Shown: positions 57,962 to 64,000 of the stretch, in pieces
Position numbering within the stretch: the stretch's first letter is position 1
How the letters are laid out: the number at the start of each line of letters is the position of its first letter
Notes under the pieces: model-generated
Seen by the model: only the letters and a program-made list of their open reading frames with translations
Told to the model about the DNA's origin: nothing
Database searches by the model: none
Assembly (NCBI GenBank): GCA_963786955.1
Contig: CAWBAT010000005.1
Coordinates: forward strand, 320,001 to 384,000
DNA: 64,000 nucleotides
Reading direction: 5' to 3'
From: an uncultured Acidimicrobiia bacterium
Lineage (GTDB): Bacteria; Acidobacteriota; Terriglobia; Versatilivoradales; Versatilivoraceae
Program-made: the position numbers and the translations under genes

Positions 57962-59007
57962 TCAAGTCGTTTGGGCAAGCTTCCGCAGACTCTCGACAAA
58001 GGGAGGTCGAGCAATGCCGAACTCGGTAATAATGGCCGTGACATACCGATTTGGAGTGACATCAAAAGCAGGATTGGCGACTTCGATACCTTCCGGCGCA
58101 ATCGGGGTCGAGCCAATGTGGGTGATTTCACGGCTGGGACGTTCTTCGATGGGGATTTGTTCTCCTGAGGACAGTGAAAGGTCTAGAGTCGAGACCGGTG
58201 CAGCCACGTAGAAAGGGATCGCATTTTCTTTGGCCAAAACCGCCACCGAATAGGTGCCGATCTTATTGGCAACGTCGCCATTCCCTGCAATACGGTCGGC
58301 TCCTACGATCACATAATCAATGTTCCCATTTTTCATAAAGTGTCCGGCCATGTTATCCGTAATTAAGGTCACCGGAATGTGGTCTTTCTGAAGCTCCCAG
58401 GCAGTCAACCGGGCGCCTTGCAAAAAAGGGCGGGTCTCATCGGTGTAGACATGAATATGTTTTCCCTGCTCTACGGCAGCCCGGATCACTCCCAGCGCCG
58501 TGCCAAACCCAGCAGTGGCGAGGGCCCCGCATTACAGTGGGTAAGCACGCGGCTATCTGTTTTGAGCAAGGTGGCCCCATATAATCCCATTCTTCGATTC
58601 AAGGCGATGTCTTCCCGATGCATGCGAACCGCCTCGTCTCGCAAGAGAATCTTAAGCCCGGCCACGGTCGCCATCCTGAAGATGGCGCTTTGCAAACCCC
58701 CTTCATCCGATCGATCGCCCAGAATAGATTAACAGCCGTCGGACGGGTTTCAGACAAGGCCGTACAAATGGAATCAAATTCTTTTTCAAAACCTTCAGGG
58801 TCATTAGATGTGAATACTCTGAGCACCCAACGCTATCCCCATGGCAGCAGCCACTCCGATGGCCGGAGCACCGCGCACAACCATGTCTTTGATGGCTTGC
58901 GCCACTTCCTGGTAGCTCTTAAAAATTGGATACACCTCTTCTCCAGGTAATTTGCGCTGGTCAATCATCACCACGCCTTCATCCGTCCATTCCAATGTCT
59001 TGAACAT
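57962..59007 (-). CDS. mtnA: Methylthioribose-1-phosphate isomerase, frameshifted
   Basis: [72 protein letters not shown]. Confidence 0.92.
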
Positions 59008-59164
59008 GCAACTTGACTCCCTCTTTCAGGTTTAACTCAAACCCCTGAAAACCGAAGAAGGATAGCATAGCAACATCGGGGAATTCTCTTCTCAATTTAG
59101 GAAGAACCCCTATAATGACTTGCGACTTTTGGCCTGCTGTAAAGAGTCGCAGGAGAGAGGCCAA

Positions 59165-59818
59165 TTGAAACAGCGTTTCGATCTCATCATTTTTGACCTC
59201 GATGGGACTCTGATCGATTCCCGAATAGACCTGGCGAACAGCGTCAACTTCACCCGCCTACAAATGGGGTATGTCTTCACTGCCTCACGAACTCATTTTT
59301 ACCTACATCGGTGATGGGGCCTCCATGCTGATTCGGCGGGCCCTCGGGGAAGGGCTGCAAGAGGAAGACATCAAAGCTGCTCTGACAGATTTTTCTGGAT
59401 CACTATAAGCAGCACTTTTGGACCACACGGTCCTTTATCCAGGCGTCGCCAGCACGTTAAGCCACTTGTCTCATTTACGTTTAGCCGTCTTGTCTAATAA
59501 GCCAATCGAACCTAGCATAACAATACTCGAAGGACTGCAAATTCGAGATCGATTTGTCCAAATCTATGGTGGTGACAGCTTCGAACAAAAGAAACCTCAT
59601 CCCATGGGAATCGAACGGATTTTGAAGGATACCGGCATCACCAAGGACAAGCGCTGATGGTCGGGGATTCCAGAATTGACGTCATAACCGGACAAAATGC
59701 TAGGGTCGCAACATGCGGGGTCACTTACGGACTGGCAAGCGATACTTTACAGGGCCTGAGGCCAGATTTTTTGATTCAGCGATTCCCTGAATTGTTTCAA
59801 GTTGTGAACATCGAGTGA
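59165..59818 (+). CDS. HAD-family phosphatase (phosphoglycolate phosphatase-like), frameshifted
   Basis: IFDLDGTLIDS, IGDGA, LYPGV, VLSNKP, KKPHP, MVGD, CGVTYG across frames. Confidence 0.85.
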
Positions 59819-59869
59819 TCTTTAGGTCCCATGCAATCCGACCATTGGGCAATCGAAATGCGGTAATCC

Positions 59870-60798
59870 ATGAGCCCGTCATCAAAGTCCAGGGGTTGAC
59901 CAAGAATTATCAAGCATTTCAGGCGGTCAAAGGAATTGATTTCGAAATCCACGCCGGCGAAGTATTTGGATTGCTTGGGCCTAATGGCGCTGGAAAAACC
60001 ACTACTGTTGAGATTCTGGAAGGCCTTCGCCCCCGGAGCGACGGTGAGGTTTGCGTTTTGGGATTCGACCCGGGATCTCAGAGCAGGCAACTTAAGGACA
60101 GGATCGGAGTCTGTCTCCAGTTCACCAACTTTTCGGCCAAATTGAAGGTTCACGAAGCCCTGGAGCTCTTCTCCAACCTGTATACGAAGACCATCCATTC
60201 CGAGCAACTCTTGAAACGCCTCTCGCTCTGGGAGAAACGAAATACATTTTATTCCCAACTTTCAGGTGGTCAGAAACAGCGGCTGGCTTTGGCCTTCGCT
60301 CTCCTCAATGACCCTCAAGTCCTCTTTTTGGATGAACCTTCGGCAGGGTCTGGATCCTCAAGCTCGTTTGGAGATTCATGAACTCATCCTAAACTTGCGA
60401 CGCGAGCGGCGAACCATTCTCTTAACCACTCATTATATCGAGGAGGCAGAAAAATTATGTGACCGGGTGGCTATCATCGACGAAGGCCGGATTATCGCGG
60501 CAGGAACGCCTCGAGAAATTCAAGCTCGGACGATGGGGCAATCAATCATTGAAATTCACTGTGAGGACCCACTTCCGCCTGAAATCGCTCTGCCCTGTTG
60601 GAATGGAGCTTCCAATGTTCACGGTCAGTGGCGATCGAAAGAATCTCATGATTCACTCCTCTCACCCTGCCCGTACCCTGGTGGAAATCGTGAAATGGGT
60701 GGACAGCCTGGGAATTGAACTGGCGGACGTCCATTTGAAGCGCCCTTCCCTGGAAGACATCATTTATCGAACTCACCGGGAAAAACCTGCGCGAATGA
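59870..60798 (+). CDS. ABC transporter ATP-binding protein, frameshifted
   Basis: GPNGAGKTT, LSGGQKQR, LFLDEP, TTHYIEEAE, PSLEDI; TGA overlaps the next ATG. Confidence 0.88.
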
Positions 60799-62996
60799 AA
60801 CCTTACCTTGCTCTCATAAAAGTAGATCTTAAGTTGGCGTTCCGGGATAAAGCGGTCATTTTTTTTAACTATCTTTTTCCGCTGATCTTCTTTTTCGTTT
60901 TTGCCGGGTTGCTCAAGGCCGAGCGCGGTGGAACCATTTCCTTCGTACTCTCCATGGTTCTGGTCATGGGAATCTTAGGGAACGGGTTGTTTGGGGCCGG
61001 TGTCCGGGCTGTGCAGGAGCGAGAATTGAATATCCTGAGACGTTTCAAGGTTACTCCCATCTCGCCCACCCCTATTCTCGTGGCCTCGATGATCTCGGGA
61101 TGGGTGATTTACATGCCGATTGTATGCTACTGGTCTGTCTGTCCCATTTCATCTACGGAATGCCCCTTCCAGCCAGAATTTTTTCCTTGTTCGGCCTGAT
61201 CACACTAGGAGTTTTTGCCTTCCGCGCGATCGGTCTCATTCTTGCGTCAGTGGCCAATTCAATGCAAGCGAGCCAGATCCTCACTCAACTACTCTATATG
61301 CCGATGCTGTTTCTCAGCGGAGCCACATTTCCCGTTCCCATGCTGCCGCCATGGGCACAAGTCATCAGCCAGTTTTTGCCGACTTCCTATCTCGTTACTG
61401 GATTCCAGGGAATTTTTTTCCGCCAACGAATCATTTCTTCGCCAACTGGTCCGCGGTACTGGCGCTGATCGGGACGGCAATTTTAGGCATTTTCATTTCG
61501 GTCAAACTGTTTCGCTGGGAAAAGGATGAAAAATCAGCCGTCGGGCCATGTGCTGGGTTGTGGCCGTTCTAGTCCTTTTCTCATTTTGGGCAGCTACCAA
61601 ACTTACAGCCGCGATCATATTCGAAACGCACAGATTCTCCAGCGAGACCTTGAAAGAAGTGGAACTTTGCTCATTCCAAGGTCCCCGGATTTTCATTGGG
61701 AACGGCCAAATAATCGAAACAGGAGCTGTCCTTGTAAGGACGGGATCATTGAAGAGGTGTTTAACACGCGGGTGCCTGATCCAAATTCTTACAAAGCCAT
61801 AGTGATTGAGGGATCCGGGAAAACTCTACTGCCTGGCTTGATCGATGTTCACGTCCATCTGGCGGCCCCAGCCGGCTTCTCTGAGTCCTCTCCGGAATTT
61901 GACTTGCAAAAAGCATGTCCCGGGCTTTGGCCTCCTATCTCTACTGTGGAGTCACTACCGTAAAAAGTGTTACCGACCCGCTGGATGAGTCATTGAAGCT
62001 GCGAGAAAAAGTAAATGCAGGGTGAGCGCCTCGGGAGCTCTTTATTTACTTGCGGACCGGCTTTTACGGCCGAAGGGGGACATGGCACGGAATTTTTTGA
62101 GGGACTTACCCGCATCCTTGAAGACGTATTGCACTGCAACAGTGGGTCCGACTGCCCAAGACTGGCGAGGAGGCCCGACAGCAGGTGCGCGAACTCAAAG
62201 CATCCGGAGTTGACGGGATCAAAGGAATTTTAGAATCGGGGACTTCGGCACATCCGTTCAATCGGATGGATGGGTTGATCCTGGAAGCTGTGGTTCAGGA
62301 AGCTCGCGCTCAAAATCTCCCTTTGTGATCCACACGGGGAGCAGTCAAGATATCACTGATGCACTCAAAACAGGTCCCGACGGGATTGAACATGGGACTT
62401 CCCGAGATGGGGTCACCGAGGAACTATTGAGCCAAATGGCACGAATGGGAGTCTATCTATGATCCGACCTTGAGTGTCGTTGAAGCTTATGCCAAAACTC
62501 CTGCTGAGGCCCAAGAACTCCTGGACCGTTCCCTCGTCCAGCAAGTTGTCCCAGCCAAGCTTCTCCAGAGTATACGGAAAACTTTGCATCTGGAGAAATG
62601 AAGGCGTATTTGAACCGTGTTCCCGCATTGGGGTCAGGAGGACTGGCTCAAGGGAAAGAAAATCTTCTCCGTGCCTTTCGCGCCGGTGTCCCTTTGGTTA
62701 CAGGGTCAGACAGTGGCCATCTTCTGTTATTCCATGGGCCGGCAATCCACCGCGAATTACAGCTCTGGGTCGAATCCGGAATTCCTCCAGCCGTAGCACT
62801 AAAAGCCGCTACTTTCAATGCCGCCCATTTACTCCGTGCCGACCAGCATATTGGTTTGATAGCAAAGGGTTATGATGCGGACCTTCTTCTAGTGGATGGA
62901 AACCCACTTCAGGACATCAGCGCAACCGAGCGAATTTCTCTGGTCATCCACAAAGGGGAACGAATCAATCGTCCAAAATTATTTGAGCAGGAATGA
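60795..62996 (+). CDS. Apparent ABC-2 permease / amidohydrolase fusion, heavily frameshifted
   Basis: Permease motifs (ERELNILRR, FLSGATFP, FRWEK) continue via a TM and RIFIGNG into LPGLIDVHVH, IEHG, GSDSG, HRELQLWV, ATFNAA, GYDADLLLVDGNPLQDI. Confidence 0.72.
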
Positions 62997-63160
62997 TAGC
63001 GACGATTTGCACGGTCGGTTCGACCCATTGCCTTCTCCTGCAACGTGAGAGAGCAAAAAAGGAGCTAGATCGCTGCCGGAGACAAGTATTCGCACCAGTG
63101 CATGAGTCCGCGGCCGTTTCCGAGATGGGACTTTCCTGCAGAACTAATCCTGTCACAATC

Positions 63161-64000
63161 TTAGTGAATCTGTTTTTGAGGAACCAAAGGCTCTTTCTTG
63201 GCGCAGAGTTTCTCATGGGTCTGCTGGATTGCATGGAGTTTATTCAGGTAGACGAAAGTTTCGTGGGACCGATATTTTTTCAGCCATTGGAATTCTTTCC
63301 GTTCCTGACGAGTTGGGGAGGTCTTGCTCTCCAGTTCTTCGAGCCTGGACAGCGGATAGAACCAATCCAGCCCGAAGTTTTCCAACCCGTAGCGGACTCT
63401 TTTGGGTCCCCCATTATACGCCGCCCCAGACGCATAGATTTCCTTGCCGGAGCCGATCAGAGACGGAAAGCTTCTGGATAACTCTGCCAAATCGTGATCC
63501 AGCAGGCAGATTTCCGCCTTGATCGCATTCACATGGTCTCCTGTGGCTTCCAAGAAATTGCGGGGGATATTGGCTTCTGAATACTGGCTCCAAACCACTT
63601 TCATTCCCATGGGAGTGAATTGAGTCAGCCCGCGGGCACTGGCATAATTCCCGGTGAAACGATAGGCATCTTCCTGGTTTGCTCCGACGATTACCAGGAT
63701 GCGTCCAGCCAGCCGCATAAATTGGCTCTCTTGTTCTTCGTTGAATTCCCAAGAATTGGCGGCAATGGAACGAAAACTTCCCGGGTCCATTTGCTCAGTC
63801 AAAATCAAGTTGAAATAATCTTTGTCAGTCAAACCAGAAGTATCGCCCAGACTCATTTCGGGAAAGGCTCGCGAGCGCACCTGAGACAGTTCCTTACGAG
63901 CTTGTACAATCTTCTCCATCAAGTAAGTCATCCCAGCCTCCACGAGTTCCGTTTGGAGGAGTGCGCTGGAATACGGTGTATAAATAATGGCATCTTGTTC
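63161..64000 (-). CDS. Lysozyme-like/SLT-type transglycosylase family protein, 5'-truncated
   Basis: Frame open to the window edge (EQDAIIYTPYS...); SARGLTQF and AAYNGGP resemble SLT motifs II and III. Confidence 0.6.
   Translation of the reverse strand, partial: EQDAIIYTPYSSALLQTELVEAGMTYLMEKIVQARKELSQVRSRAFPEMSLGDTSGLTDKDYFNLILTEQMDPGSFRSIAANSWEFNEEQESQFMRLAGRILVIVGANQEDAYRFTGNYASARGLTQFTPMGMKVVWSQYSEANIPRNFLEATGDHVNAIKAEICLLDHDLAELSRSFPSLIGSGKEIYASGAAYNGGPKRVRYGLENFGLDWFYPLSRLEELESKTSPTRQERKEFQWLKKYRSHETFVYLNKLHAIQQTHEKLCAKKEPLVPQKQIH

Noticed and set aside
59008-59164. SAM riboswitch upstream of mtnA
   Set aside because: No SAM-I core; short divergent promoter region.

Overview
Bacterial chromosomal window, almost certainly from an Acidobacteriota genome (the 16S 5' end carries the Acidobacteria-type GATCCTGGCTCAGAATC signature). 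The left part holds metB/metC-like, cytochrome c and glgX genes. It is followed by a ~19 kb accessory tract (4.4-23.3 kb) of secreted/envelope genes, a Tat-exported GH1-like enzyme, a 1133-aa multidomain metzincin-like protein with (GGGLLGN)8 and a Ser/Thr kinase-TPR receptor, ending at the 3' end of tRNA-Ala(GGC). The middle has a DHS-like gene plus pepA, a TetR-TolC-HlyD-ABC efflux operon and a complete rrn operon (16S-Ile-Ala-23S-5S, minus strand). The right part is housekeeping (tilS, ftsH-folP-cdaA-cdaR-glmM, gatB, ygfZ-like, GH38, mtnA, gph) and ends with an apparent ABC-2 permease/amidohydrolase fusion. Intergenic DNA is rich in GTAG/CTAC REP-type palindromes, including a 4x78-bp tandem array inside one REP doublet and three MITE-like elements whose terminal inverted repeats enclose REP pairs. 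Many genes right of ~24.7 kb, and most beyond ~52.8 kb, carry 1-bp frameshifts that look like long-read indel errors. No CRISPR array, integrase, transposase or phage gene was seen. All calls come from motif recognition by eye; no database searches were run.
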